61,732 nucleotides of DNA from a virus (lineage: Duplodnaviria; Caudoviricetes). How positions within the stretch are numbered: position 1 is the stretch's first letter; each line of letters opens with the position of its first letter. Location: positions 1 to 61,732 of the IMG/VR virus record IMGVR_UViG_3300012943_000035. One strand, written 5' to 3'. Positions 1-9,613 of the stretch are shown here, piece after piece. The notes beneath the pieces were generated by a model. The model made no database searches and was not told the origin of the DNA. It saw only the letters and a program-made list of their open reading frames with translations. A program made the position numbers and the translations under genes.

Positions 1-146
1 ACTGCTTCGTAACGACCCATGGTTTCGATAGGTACAGTATCAACTGCGACTTGGTACGAAACGTCAGAAGCGTAAGCGAACGTCTTACCGCCCACCTTAA
101 TCTTCGCGTTTGCACCTGTGATAAAACTAGGTTTCTTTGCTGCCAT
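1..146 (-). CDS. Tail tube protein, N-terminal part (runs off the window start)
   Basis: Manual translation MAAKKPSFITGANAKIKVGGKTFAYASDVSYQVAVDTVPIETMGRYEA...; AAGGA RBS; directly downstream of the sheath gene; 'TGAxAxIxV...PIxxxGRxE' pattern typical of myovirus tube proteins. Confidence 0.75.
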   Translation of the reverse strand, partial: MAAKKPSFITGANAKIKVGGKTFAYASDVSYQVAVDTVPIETMGRYEA

Positions 147-234
147 ATTACTTTCCTTGGGGTTGCGGTTCCCCTTACCGTGCTATTTGGCCTACACTAT
201 TGTAGGTTGCTTATAGAATACCAGGTTCTGAGTT

Positions 235-271
235 AAAAAGAAAAGGCCCAGCATCTTGCGATGCCAGGCCC
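235..271 (-). terminator. Intrinsic terminator after tail sheath gene
   Basis: Minus strand GGCCTGGCATC-GCAA-GATGCTGGGCC followed by TTTTCTTTTT. Confidence 0.75.
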
Positions 272-296
272 TATCTTATGACTCAGGTTTTAGAAC

Positions 297-2498
297 TTAA
301 GCGGTTGACTGTGCGCGCTGAAGGGTGATGTCAGCGAGGATGAAGTCAATACCTTCAACAAGCTTCACTACAACGCTAACGTTGATGGTGTTGCCGTTGA
401 TCTGAACAACGAGCTGCTTGAAGCCGTTCTTAGCATCAGAGGTCGAAACCGTGATGCCTTGAGCGAGGTAGGTAGCCAAGATGCTTTCGCAGGTTGACTT
501 AACTTCGGTAGCAGAAACCGTGTTCTTAACGCCGACATAGATGTTCTCAAGCTGAGAACGGAAGTCGTAGGCAAGAACGTCGGCAGCGTACAAGACGTTA
601 CCGCGGTTATAGACCCAGTTTGCATCGCGACCGTAGGTGGTGTTATCCACAACCACACGGAAGCCACCAGACTGAGGAGCTTCCAAGAACGTGATTCCGT
701 TCTGGATGGCGTCATCGTACTGTAGATCAGGATCGAAGTCCACAACGATGTCAGCTTCAGCAGTGGACATTGGCTGTCCAGTCTGGCGAATGCCGGCCGC
801 GTTGAGGTACTTACCAGTCATTGGCAAGCCGATTGGGCTGCCGCCGCGAGCACCGGCAAGCAAGCAAGAACCAGCCCAAGGCTGGAACCACTTGATAGCG
901 CCGTCGCTATCGGTTTGACGGATGTCCTGGATAGAGAGCTGTACGCGAGCAGACGCAAGGTCTTGAGCCTTTTGCTTGCTGTCGTCGTACGAAGCTTTGT
1001 AAGAAAGGTAACCCTGACGCTCAGACTTACGCTTCGTGGTTGCCATCAAAGACAAGTGAGTCTTCACTGCCTGATGAATACCATCGATCGTGTAGTTAGA
1101 AGCTGGATCGGTCAAGCCGTCAGCAGCATCGTCAGAAGCATCGCGGCTCATAAGAGGAACCACGCTGTTAACGCGGAACTTCTCGAACTTGCTCAATGCT
1201 GAAGTGATGTCCGAGGTAGAGGTTGCGCCTTTAGCGCCGCCAGCCAAGAACGTTTCAGTAGCTGCATCTGGAAGACCTACGTACGCGCTAGCGCCAGCAA
1301 GTAACTCAGCAGCAGAAGCTTGAGCGAAGAAGTCACGAACTTCCTTTGCGTCCTTCTTGATTTGAGCAGGAAGAACAGTTGAAGATCCAAGAGCGCCGAG
1401 AGCGCTTACGCGATCAAGGACAGAAGGAGCTAGTTGACCGTAAAGGGTTGAGCCAAGGCTCATGGTCCAGTTACCGCCAGTTGAACTATTGATATAAGCA
1501 GCGAGCTCGCTCAAAGTTGCAAAATCAGCAAGAGTCAAGGTGTATTCTGGCGAAGCATTGTCCGTAAGAATCATTTGAGTTGCGTTAATCGTCACATTTG
1601 GAGCAGTACCGCCGTTACGTCCGATACGAACAACGATGTTTCCACCGACAGTTAGCGACTCATCTACGAGATCGCGCTTGTTCGAAAGGGTAATAACAGC
1701 CATATCTTCTGAAGCAGAAGATACAAGGCCTACAGTAAGACCTGCAGTCGTTGCAAGAGATCCGCTAACAATCTCAAAGTTACGGCCTGAGCCTTCACGA
1801 TGAGGATTAGAGGTTGCAAGACGAGCAAGAGTAACAACTGCTGCGGTATCAGAAGCACCGTTAACAACGAAGCTCATTCCTGCAGGAACAGAAGCTGAAG
1901 ACCAGTTTGCGCCGGTATTCAAAGCAGTCTGAAGCAATGCACGAGTAGTCGTTGCAGCTGGAGCTGTGAAAGTATCGCTCGGTCCACCGTTTACACGGAG
2001 AACAAGAGTTTGGGTTGCAACGTCTGCGCTTACGTCAAATGGAGCCGAAGATCCACGAGTAGCTGAAGTAGCTGGAACAAGAACGTTTTTATACGTTAGC
2101 TTGTTACCACCTTGACCCCATTCAAGAGCGCGCACAGAACCCCAAGTATTAGCAAGGGCGAGCAATGCACGAACTGAAGCGTTCGTCTTATAAATATAAA
2201 CGGCCTGTGCGCCGCCGGGAATGGCGCCGTCAGAGCCTGGAGCAAACAAGAAGTTACACGCGTCGACGAGAGCGCCGGCACGGTATTTCTGTTTGATCTG
2301 AGGAATTTGTTCTGGGCTAAACACGTTGTTAGCGATGTTTACTTCGCTTGCACCGGGTGCACCAGCGTCAGACTCTCCGAAGATTGCGATGATACCAGTT
2401 GGGCTAAGTGGAAAACCACCGCCGAGGTCGATCGAAACCTTAGAGTAAGCGCCTGGTTTGTAAATGGTTGCCCCATTAAAGCTTACATTGATTGCCAT
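297..2498 (-). CDS. Contractile tail sheath protein (733 aa)
   Basis: N-terminal 'FNGATIYKPGAYS' and C-terminal 'NVSVVVKLVEGIDFILADITL' match sheath architecture; size and position next to tube. Confidence 0.9.
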   Translation of the reverse strand: MAINVSFNGATIYKPGAYSKVSIDLGGGFPLSPTGIIAIFGESDAGAPGASEVNIANNVFSPEQIPQIKQKYRAGALVDACNFLFAPGSDGAIPGGAQAVYIYKTNASVRALLALANTWGSVRALEWGQGGNKLTYKNVLVPATSATRGSSAPFDVSADVATQTLVLRVNGGPSDTFTAPAATTTRALLQTALNTGANWSSASVPAGMSFVVNGASDTAAVVTLARLATSNPHREGSGRNFEIVSGSLATTAGLTVGLVSSASEDMAVITLSNKRDLVDESLTVGGNIVVRIGRNGGTAPNVTINATQMILTDNASPEYTLTLADFATLSELAAYINSSTGGNWTMSLGSTLYGQLAPSVLDRVSALGALGSSTVLPAQIKKDAKEVRDFFAQASAAELLAGASAYVGLPDAATETFLAGGAKGATSTSDITSALSKFEKFRVNSVVPLMSRDASDDAADGLTDPASNYTIDGIHQAVKTHLSLMATTKRKSERQGYLSYKASYDDSKQKAQDLASARVQLSIQDIRQTDSDGAIKWFQPWAGSCLLAGARGGSPIGLPMTGKYLNAAGIRQTGQPMSTAEADIVVDFDPDLQYDDAIQNGITFLEAPQSGGFRVVVDNTTYGRDANWVYNRGNVLYAADVLAYDFRSQLENIYVGVKNTVSATEVKSTCESILATYLAQGITVSTSDAKNGFKQLVVQINGNTINVSVVVKLVEGIDFILADITLQRAQSTA

Positions 2499-2564
2499 GG
2501 TTCATGTCTCCTGAGTCATGTTTCGTATACAAAACTTATTATAACATAGAGGCTAAGCTAGGTA

Positions 2565-2834
2565 TTAGCTAAGCTTAACTCCATATTGGTTTAAAGCACT
2601 ATCAAAATCTTCAAGACTTTCGCTCTGGCCAAGACCTCTGGCCGAGAAATCTGCCCTGAGAATCTCTTTGTGATGATGCTTTGGAATCTTTGGTCCGCGC
2701 ATGGCGAACCATCCGTCAAAATCTACTTTTGGTTTTTCATCGACAGCCACCATTTGCTCAACACGAGCCTCAGCAACAGGTTTAGCCTGTTCTGCTTTCT
2801 TTGGGCTGTCTTTCCAACGTTTATTCTTACTCAT
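2565..2834 (-). CDS. Hypothetical virion-module protein (89 aa)
   Basis: ORF with AGGAG RBS inside the structural operon. Confidence 0.6.
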   Translation of the reverse strand: MSKNKRWKDSPKKAEQAKPVAEARVEQMVAVDEKPKVDFDGWFAMRGPKIPKHHHKEILRADFSARGLGQSESLEDFDSALNQYGVKLS

Positions 2835-2869
2835 AAGAGCTCCTTACTAATTCTAACCGACTCAGGCGG

Positions 2870-3610
2870 TTAAATGTTGAGATCGTCATCCCCGTCTTCG
2901 TCCCCGATGCGCCCCGCTTTGAGGCCCTCGTTAGCCGTAGTATCTACATCTGCAATATTGACATCTAAGCTGGCATCCACTGAGGAGGCTGGCTCTAGGC
3001 CAATAGCTGGATCTAAGTTAATGTCTTCGACCTCGATACCTGGGTCATCTTGCCAGAAGTTCTCTGTGGTGCAGCGGAACCTGATCCAGCGGGTCCAGGT
3101 ATTCTCAGCCATATGCATAGCATCTTTAGAGTAATCTGAAGCCGAATAAGTCTGTAACTTAAGTCCTAGACGCTCTGCCATCAGCTTGTTCTTGAATAGG
3201 ACATAGCTAACGATGTAGTAGAGCCATAATACATGGTCCCCACCTTTGTTGGCATGGATACCGATATCTACCATAACAGTGAATACGCCCACCTTAGTTT
3301 CAGCGTCACCGGTGAAGTCACCCATGATATCGTTCATGGAAGCCTTGGATTCGTCCTCTGTCTCATTTGCTAGATGTATAGAGATGCAAGGAATCTTTTG
3401 GGCATTAAATGACCAAGCCTGGATCACTGGGATCTTGGTGGTGCTAAACCATTGCCAGATCTTCTCACGGTATTCAGGACCATAGTCTGCTGCTAGCTCA
3501 TCTTGGACGAACGTGCAGAAAAGGTTATCGAAGGCTGGTTTATTAGCCCTTAGTTTCTTGATACCAGAGTCAATAAGTTTCCTTACGACGATTTCAGGCA
3601 TTACAAACAT
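2870..3610 (-). CDS. Putative tail completion/terminator (neck) protein
   Basis: Position upstream of sheath; 'IPCISIHLANETE' motif typical of tail-terminator-like proteins. Confidence 0.55.
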   Translation of the reverse strand: MFVMPEIVVRKLIDSGIKKLRANKPAFDNLFCTFVQDELAADYGPEYREKIWQWFSTTKIPVIQAWSFNAQKIPCISIHLANETEDESKASMNDIMGDFTGDAETKVGVFTVMVDIGIHANKGGDHVLWLYYIVSYVLFKNKLMAERLGLKLQTYSASDYSKDAMHMAENTWTRWIRFRCTTENFWQDDPGIEVEDINLDPAIGLEPASSVDASLDVNIADVDTTANEGLKAGRIGDEDGDDDLNI

Positions 3611-4248
3611 TAGAAGTTCTCCTCGTAGTCCCTGATAATGCCACGAATGACATCTTCTAACGAACTAGTTAGCTCCTTATTTATACTCTGAACTGTCTCT
3701 GTGAAGTCTTTGTCTTTAGCTGGTTGAACCCACTGAGTGTTAGCATTTTGCTTACTTGTGGCTGTTCTGAACTGGCCCTTAGAACTCTTAGGGGTTATTC
3801 TTTCTTTCTGGGCTCTTGAAGCTTCAACTCGCTCTGCTTGTGTCTGTTTCCAAGCATCATAGATATTGGTTGAAACCTTAGGACGATTCTTGGAAGGCTC
3901 GCCTACTGGAATAATCTTATAGACACCGCTTCCGTCTTTGATAGGCTTAGCACCTTGGAGTAAGCGTGGAAGCATTGGGAATGGAGGCTCTGAGAAATCT
4001 GTATTACCAGAGTCAGTAGTAAGCTGCTGTGAAATAGCGTTGATCCTGAGCTCGTTGATGAACTCTGCAGAACGCTTCTCTACACCAGTCTCGATAGCTA
4101 GCTGCATAGCCGCATTGGTCTGGTCTTCCATAGCTCTACCGATGTCGGCACTGGCTTTTTGGAGGATAGCTTGTACTGTGTTGGGGTCGATGCCCTTGTT
4201 CTCAAGAATGTACTTGAGGCGGTCGAGCTCGAAGAAGATGTTAGCCAT
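3610..4248 (-). CDS. Putative neck/tail-associated protein (212 aa)
   Basis: Translationally coupled ORF within the structural operon. Confidence 0.5.
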   Translation of the reverse strand: MANIFFELDRLKYILENKGIDPNTVQAILQKASADIGRAMEDQTNAAMQLAIETGVEKRSAEFINELRINAISQQLTTDSGNTDFSEPPFPMLPRLLQGAKPIKDGSGVYKIIPVGEPSKNRPKVSTNIYDAWKQTQAERVEASRAQKERITPKSSKGQFRTATSKQNANTQWVQPAKDKDFTETVQSINKELTSSLEDVIRGIIRDYEENF

Positions 4249-5767
4249 CAGACTTGCCCGCCTTGGTGATAACCCTGGCGCGCATGTCTTTTAAGAAGTT
4301 CTCTTTTTCCAAACTCTGCCAATCTTGGCCAAACGAGATGGTTATCTTCCCGTTAGGTGAAATTTCAATTCTTGGCTTGGTGAGGTAAGAGTAGTACGCG
4401 TCATGGACTTGGTCCTTGTTGGCAGGATTCGATGAGAATGCCTCTACTGTGCTTGGTTTCTTATCCATGGTATCAATCTTGCTCTGAAGCTCACGGAGCT
4501 TCAATTCTAGATCGTCCATGTCTTTGCCAACGGCTTGTGCAAGCTCGTTATGCTTATCTGAGAAATCGTGCACGCTTTCTTCGAGCTTGTCGAAGAGGGT
4601 CATGATACGACCTTCAACCTGCTGAAGATCTACAGCCATGCCATTACGCATCTGCTCACGGATCGTCTCCATCTCTGTGTAGATGTTACCGATGTTGTGG
4701 CGCTTGTAATTGTTTAAAAGTTCGTCGATGCCGCCAGAGATTGCGTCATCTGATAGCATGCCTTCGTCTAGAAGCTCAAGCTCTTTCTCGTCTTCTGGTA
4801 GGTACCATTCGAAGACAGACATAAGTGCAGCAGTGAGTTCAGGAAGTGATTTGTTGGTGAATTGATATACTGTCTTGTGGCCGTCGTTTACGCGACCAGA
4901 GTAGACATCTGACATGTGACGACGAATACTTACTGTATGCGTGTCGATCGTAAAGTCTTTAAAGTCTTCGTCCTGCATGTCTTTAACAGCATCGCGAATT
5001 CTGCGGAACATCCCGTTACCGATGAGCTTGAGAGCATCACCATGGGTTACTTCCATCACGGCATCCGCGCGTTGACGGATAATGTTCTTTTCCAGGGTTT
5101 CTAGAGCTACCATGCCCTGCAACGACTTCCCGAAACGGGCGCCGATGAACTCTTTCATTGGTTGAACGCAACAGTCACGCAACTTATCCCAAGGGATATC
5201 GTTGATCTCGTACCACCTGAGGTTCTTTAACTCCTCAGAGGCTTTAGGTTTACCTGTTGCTACTTCTGCTAGGTACACGGCAACTTCGTTACCGTTCTGG
5301 ACGCCGCGATAGATCTCCGTAGAGATGCGGCCTACTACTCCAGCTTCTTCCTTGAGCTCGCGTAATGCGCCGTCTTCAAACGACTCATTAGGCTCAAGAT
5401 GTCCACCGGGAAATGCGAGTCCACCCGAATGCTGACCGAGCAGAACGCGGTTCCACTGATCCATCACTAGGGTTGCAGCGGCTTTGCCCCTGCCTTTATA
5501 GAATTCTTCAAACGACTTCTTCAAGTCCTTCTTAGACTTCTTACGCTCTTTACGAGCTTCTTTAACTTTTTCTTTAGCTTTAGCATGATGAGCTTCGCCC
5601 CAGGTTCCGCCACGATCATTGTGCTTGGAATCCGGCGCATCTTTACCTGGATCGGTATACTTGGCTGCCACGGACTTAGGGGGACGACCACGCGGACCGT
5701 CCTTGGCTTGACCGTGGACGATCGCCATCATCATTCTGTACTGTTTTCTGGATACAGCTTGTGGCAT
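4241..5767 (-). CDS. Nudix-hydrolase-domain protein with coiled-coil C-terminus (508 aa)
   Basis: Nudix box GGHLEPNESFEDGALRELKEEAG (GX5EX7REUXEEXG). Confidence 0.8.
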   Translation of the reverse strand: MPQAVSRKQYRMMMAIVHGQAKDGPRGRPPKSVAAKYTDPGKDAPDSKHNDRGGTWGEAHHAKAKEKVKEARKERKKSKKDLKKSFEEFYKGRGKAAATLVMDQWNRVLLGQHSGGLAFPGGHLEPNESFEDGALRELKEEAGVVGRISTEIYRGVQNGNEVAVYLAEVATGKPKASEELKNLRWYEINDIPWDKLRDCCVQPMKEFIGARFGKSLQGMVALETLEKNIIRQRADAVMEVTHGDALKLIGNGMFRRIRDAVKDMQDEDFKDFTIDTHTVSIRRHMSDVYSGRVNDGHKTVYQFTNKSLPELTAALMSVFEWYLPEDEKELELLDEGMLSDDAISGGIDELLNNYKRHNIGNIYTEMETIREQMRNGMAVDLQQVEGRIMTLFDKLEESVHDFSDKHNELAQAVGKDMDDLELKLRELQSKIDTMDKKPSTVEAFSSNPANKDQVHDAYYSYLTKPRIEISPNGKITISFGQDWQSLEKENFLKDMRARVITKAGKSDG

Positions 5768-5832
5768 ACGTTAAAAGTGACTCCCAACCATTACTATACA
5801 ATACTCATTATAACTTAGGTTCATGGTTAACC

Positions 5833-6645
5833 TTATGGAGTCGCAAGCTTTTCGCCGGCCCCGACCATAAAGTCGCGACGAACGAGAACTTGCTGTGGCA
5901 AGCGGCGTGAAACCTTTTGCCCGTTAACCAGCTCTTGAGTTATCCTAAGTTCGCGTAAGGATTGAACTACAACATAGACTGGGTGTGCGTAGAAGGACCA
6001 GATGATAACTTCACCGTGTTCTGAATGAGCGTCATAGTATGGTTCCTGTCCTGGAATCCAGACGATCTGCCCATCAGCGTCGATGTTAAAATCGGTGCCT
6101 TGTACGTAGAATTTCTGCACGCCGTTCCTGATGGAACTAGCATACTCGACCTTTTGAATAGGATAGCGAAGCTCTTGAGCTCCACCTGTCCTTGGCTCGT
6201 ACTCCTTCATCTCCCACATGCGAACTGTGAAATCAGGAATAACTAGCTTGTCGTAAGTGTTGAAATCGATCTGGTTGCCGGCAGCGTCTTCAGTGGGAAA
6301 CGTTACTACTGCGGTACCAACTTCCCAAACGCCGTGTGCTTCAAACGTCTTCTCGATGGAGTTACCAGAGAAGACTCCCCACATCTCAGTATCTCCATAA
6401 TAGAGAATACCAGAGTCATCGCAGAATTCGCAGTCTGGATTGTGAGCGTTGTTGTCGACGGTGAGAATATTTGGGCAAGGGATGGCCTTGGAATGTACGA
6501 AGCGAATGCCTCGTTGATTCAGCAGCTGATCAAAGCTTACGCCTTTGATGCTGGGATCAGGCAGGTATAGTGGCATCGGCGAGTTTGTCGAAGTGATCGA
6601 CTGAGCCGGTGCTGGGTACACCTGATTTGGCTTATCCATGGACAT
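5833..6645 (-). CDS. Putative head-completion/neck protein with Cys motifs
   Basis: 'KAIPCP...HNPDCEFCDDSG' motif and structural-module position. Confidence 0.55.
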   Translation of the reverse strand: MSMDKPNQVYPAPAQSITSTNSPMPLYLPDPSIKGVSFDQLLNQRGIRFVHSKAIPCPNILTVDNNAHNPDCEFCDDSGILYYGDTEMWGVFSGNSIEKTFEAHGVWEVGTAVVTFPTEDAAGNQIDFNTYDKLVIPDFTVRMWEMKEYEPRTGGAQELRYPIQKVEYASSIRNGVQKFYVQGTDFNIDADGQIVWIPGQEPYYDAHSEHGEVIIWSFYAHPVYVVVQSLRELRITQELVNGQKVSRRLPQQVLVRRDFMVGAGEKLATP

Positions 6646-6727
6646 GAGTTAACTCCTACACCCTATTGTACCGCGGTCGGCCCTAATCTGATGGGCCGTA
6701 TAATACCTAATAAGGATTCCCGATTCA

Positions 6728-6976
6728 ATGGATGGAATAACGATACTTGAAAGAATTATACAAGAAGAAGGTAGCTGCACCTGGGCAAAACCCAGGAATT
6801 GCGCTATATGTCCTCTTGGAAAGCTTGCCAGAGATCGTAACGGTGGATTCATGAGTTGTGTTGAAGCACTGGCCATTGATGGCCTATCTGAAGTTGAAGC
6901 CGACGCTCGTTATAAGAAAGCCGCTCAAGAGAAGCTGGCTGACTTAACGATAGATCGGCTAATAGGGGAAGAGTGA
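6728..6976 (+). CDS. Small Cys-rich protein
   Basis: LERIIQEEGSC...CAICPL...C; paralog of the next ORF. Confidence 0.65.
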   Translation: MDGITILERIIQEEGSCTWAKPRNCAICPLGKLARDRNGGFMSCVEALAIDGLSEVEADARYKKAAQEKLADLTIDRLIGEE

Positions 6977-7227
6977 TGGCTTTAAGTCAAACTGACAAGG
7001 ACGTACTTGAAGAGATCGTTCAAACCGACGGACAATGCCTAGATTCAAAGCGCTGCGCAAAATGCCCTTTCAGAGCTATATGCTTGCCCGAATTTCTTAA
7101 TCCTGTGCCTCCTAGTCAACCTCAGAGATTGAAGATGGCGCAAGACGTCTTGACACATCATTACCTGATCGACGATGAGATCGAGGTAGAAGATATCAAG
7201 AAGGACTACAAGTGGGACAAAAAGTAA
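6973..7227 (+). CDS. Small Cys-rich protein (tandem paralog)
   Basis: LEEIVQTDGQC...CAKCPF...C. Confidence 0.65.
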   Translation: MMALSQTDKDVLEEIVQTDGQCLDSKRCAKCPFRAICLPEFLNPVPPSQPQRLKMAQDVLTHHYLIDDEIEVEDIKKDYKWDKK

Positions 7228-7531
7228 CTACTCAGGTGATAGACAAGTCGCAGCAAGAGCTAGCGAAGTATGCCCTTTATTTACTACTACTTAGACTTCT
7301 TCATAAGATCCCACCTGCCCAATCAGCCTAGTTCCTGCTAAAATAGACTTAGCTACATTTAAGTAGCACGCCCAACAAAGGGGAAGTCATATGGAACGTC
7401 AAATCGACAAGATTGATGTGAAGCGCGACCACAAGGAACTTATTGCTCTCTTTTACAAGATGGAGCTGAAAGCCTTAATTGCCCGCCTACTTTATGAGCA
7501 CCCTAACTCTCGCCCTGTGTATAAAGAGTGA

Positions 7532-7708
7532 GTGAGCTCCAAGACGCATCTAGAATACATTAAGCAATTTAAGAGACAAGAGTCGCTCTTTAAACTCTTG
7601 TATCTACTTAGAGACTTAGGTATTAAATCGGCTAATAAGCACGCCCCACACGCTTGGGTAGCGTCTATGGACACTTTAACTCAACACATCGCGAGCAAGG
7701 CATGGTAG
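7532..7708 (+). CDS. KLGI-motif microprotein (58 aa, not in ORF track)
   Basis: GTG start; ...ESLFKLLYLLRDLGIKSANK... Confidence 0.65.
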   Translation: MSSKTHLEYIKQFKRQESLFKLLYLLRDLGIKSANKHAPHAWVASMDTLTQHIASKAW

Positions 7709-7989
7709 AACCCTTCTATACCCGACTTTCAATGGATCAGGTAATCGCGACCTATAAACTAGTTAATCTCCTCAGGAGATTGCGAGTTATAGGTACGATT
7801 GAACTTTCAACGGTTGGTTGCACGCCACCGGTTGAAACAATTGGCGATTATGATATCGTCGATATGACCATGAACATCTATGGGATTGAGAAGATTGGAT
7901 ATGATCCAAGCAAAGGGAAGACAGATGTTGAAGACTTATTGGAACAGCTATTCGGAAGAAAAAGTACGAGCCTCAGGGGCACTCCTTAA
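7702..7989 (+). CDS. Hypothetical protein (weak KLGI-type motif)
   Basis: Start overlaps previous stop; YKLVNLLRRLRVIG. Confidence 0.5.
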   Translation: MVEPFYTRLSMDQVIATYKLVNLLRRLRVIGTIELSTVGCTPPVETIGDYDIVDMTMNIYGIEKIGYDPSKGKTDVEDLLEQLFGRKSTSLRGTP

Positions 7990-8215
7990 CATCTTGAAGA
8001 AACTTGGTATCAAGAACTGCGATAAGGCCCTAAGACTCAATTCTCTGTACTCGATCATGTATCAGCAAAAGAAGATGATGCAGGATATCGAACAGCAACT
8101 ATATGGACACTTTAATCTCGGTTACGAGGGCCTGAACGCTCAATTAGGCGCTCAGAAGATTTCCGGTCTAAGCGAACAGCTTCAAAATCAAGACAAGCGC
8201 CCTTCTCGTAAGTAA
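7880..8215 (+). CDS. KLGI-motif protein
   Basis: ALLNILKKLGIKNC; exact start uncertain. Confidence 0.6.
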   Translation: MGLRRLDMIQAKGRQMLKTYWNSYSEEKVRASGALLNILKKLGIKNCDKALRLNSLYSIMYQQKKMMQDIEQQLYGHFNLGYEGLNAQLGAQKISGLSEQLQNQDKRPSRK

Positions 8216-8441
8216 AGCGTGTATCGTTCGGACATTCAGTCTGTCCACATACGCCTACCCAATCAGACATACTGCCGTGTTGGTTCATTGCCTTGGTGGT
8301 GATAGTTTCCAAGTTGATTGTGCAACCCTTCAACTCTCCTCGCTGAATTTCTAACGTGTCGTGAATGTTCACCATCTCAATCGAGTATGGCACAGAACTA
8401 CAACCGCTTAACAACAAGAACAATACTGCTAGCTTCTTCAT
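8112..8441 (-). CDS. Putative lipoprotein
   Basis: MKK + hydrophobic stretch + LSGC lipobox. Confidence 0.65.
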   Translation of the reverse strand: MKKLAVLFLLLSGCSSVPYSIEMVNIHDTLEIQRGELKGCTINLETITTKAMNQHGSMSDWVGVCGQTECPNDTRFTYEKGACLDFEAVRLDRKSSERLIERSGPRNRD

Positions 8442-8779
8442 TTCAAGTACTCCCTAAAGTCTTTTGCGAACCTAACTAGATTCTTTCTTGGCGGCATAGC
8501 ACCTTTACCGTTGGTCAAACGCTCAACTAGCAACTCCTGTGTAACTCCACGAAGCTTAGGTCCGATTGAACCAGGCAGATCAGGATTAGAGTTATGGCAA
8601 GATGTGCATTGAGACTGGTACATGATTCGTCCACGCTTCCACATCTTTGGATCTCTATCGGGTGGAGCAGTAGGTTCTTGGTATGGAGCATGGTTGGCTC
8701 CAACGTAGAACAATCCAGCAAGAACTATTACCGGCAATACCATTAAAGCAATTCGCTTAATCATCTTTCTTATGTCCAA
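8438..8779 (-). CDS. Membrane-anchored monoheme class I cytochrome c
   Basis: N-terminal TM/signal segment, GRIMY..CTSCH heme motif, GPKL and GAMPP (axial Met). Confidence 0.85.
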   Translation of the reverse strand: MDIRKMIKRIALMVLPVIVLAGLFYVGANHAPYQEPTAPPDRDPKMWKRGRIMYQSQCTSCHNSNPDLPGSIGPKLRGVTQELLVERLTNGKGAMPPRKNLVRFAKDFREYLK

Positions 8780-8957
8780 TCGCTTCTAAGTAAGTACTTA
8801 ATACTGAACCTGGCATCATCAAGATGTCTGGCTGTCCATAGTTGCGAAGCATCTTCAACATCGCTCTCTCCATGAAATGAACCTCAGCGCTCTTGATACC
8901 AAGCTTGAAGAGAAGATCTTTCAACGCGATCTTTGCGTCTCCCTTCTTGTCTACCAT
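8757..8957 (-). CDS. KLGI-motif microprotein
   Basis: ALKDLLFKLGIKSA; coupled to neighbouring genes. Confidence 0.65.
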   Translation of the reverse strand: MVDKKGDAKIALKDLLFKLGIKSAEVHFMERAMLKMLRNYGQPDILMMPGSVLSTYLEAIGHKKDD

Positions 8958-9436
8958 GGAATTTCCACTTGCAACGTGATGAAGTCTCTTCCCTTGTTAG
9001 GAAGTTCGAGTCCCGCGCTGCTGATATGCTTGTAAACGAAGCCGATCATGTTCCGACGGTTGTCCCGAAGTCCGATCAGGAAGTCTTGTGTGAACTGGAA
9101 GTTGCCACCGAGCATGGAATCTGGCGATGTGATGAGACCGACGCCCCAAAGGGAGCGAACCACTAGATATCCTGGGTTTACTTCCACTCCGACAGAGTAG
9201 AAACCAAAGCCAGAACTAAGACGGTCATGTCCGCTTGAGTCAGCGAAGAGTCCAAGCTCATATTGATGGATGAAAGGTCCGAACCAATCTTCCTCATATC
9301 CTAGAGAGAAGATCTTTGTCGCAGCGGCTCCGTATTCAGCGCTGCTTAGAATACCTACGCCATACTTACCGAACGAGCCAGCGTTGGCTGTGGTGGAAGC
9401 AATGAGGGCAAGGATACTGACGAAGAGTTTCTTCAT
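8951..9436 (-). CDS. PagL-like outer-membrane lipid A deacylase (acyloxyacyl hydrolase family)
   Basis: Signal peptide, alternating beta-strand pattern, C-terminal aromatic residue, 'YKHISSAGLELPNKG' resembling the PagL HxSNAG..PNxG motif. Confidence 0.7.
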   Translation of the reverse strand: MKKLFVSILALIASTTANAGSFGKYGVGILSSAEYGAAATKIFSLGYEEDWFGPFIHQYELGLFADSSGHDRLSSGFGFYSVGVEVNPGYLVVRSLWGVGLITSPDSMLGGNFQFTQDFLIGLRDNRRNMIGFVYKHISSAGLELPNKGRDFITLQVEIPW

Positions 9437-9448
9437 CAATATGTTATA

Positions 9449-9613
9449 CTATCCAATCTTACGCCAGCTGTCGTTCATGTAGACGTAGGTTCCAGGGATT
9501 CCCTTGTAGACCATGTGGGCTATGTATCCAGCAGGAAAGCTGGGTTGTGGTTTGTTTAGAAGTGTGTAGAGAAACACTATGAGTTGAGCCTTCTTACTTG
9601 CGTCAAGATCCAT
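9449..9613 (-). CDS. Hypothetical microprotein (54 aa, not in ORF track)
   Basis: MDLDASKKAQLIVFLYTLLNK...TYVYMNDSWRKIG; overlaps upstream stop. Confidence 0.5.
   Translation of the reverse strand: MDLDASKKAQLIVFLYTLLNKPQPSFPAGYIAHMVYKGIPGTYVYMNDSWRKIG

Noticed and set aside
51-236. 61-aa plus-strand ORF
   Set aside because: Antisense to the tail tube start.
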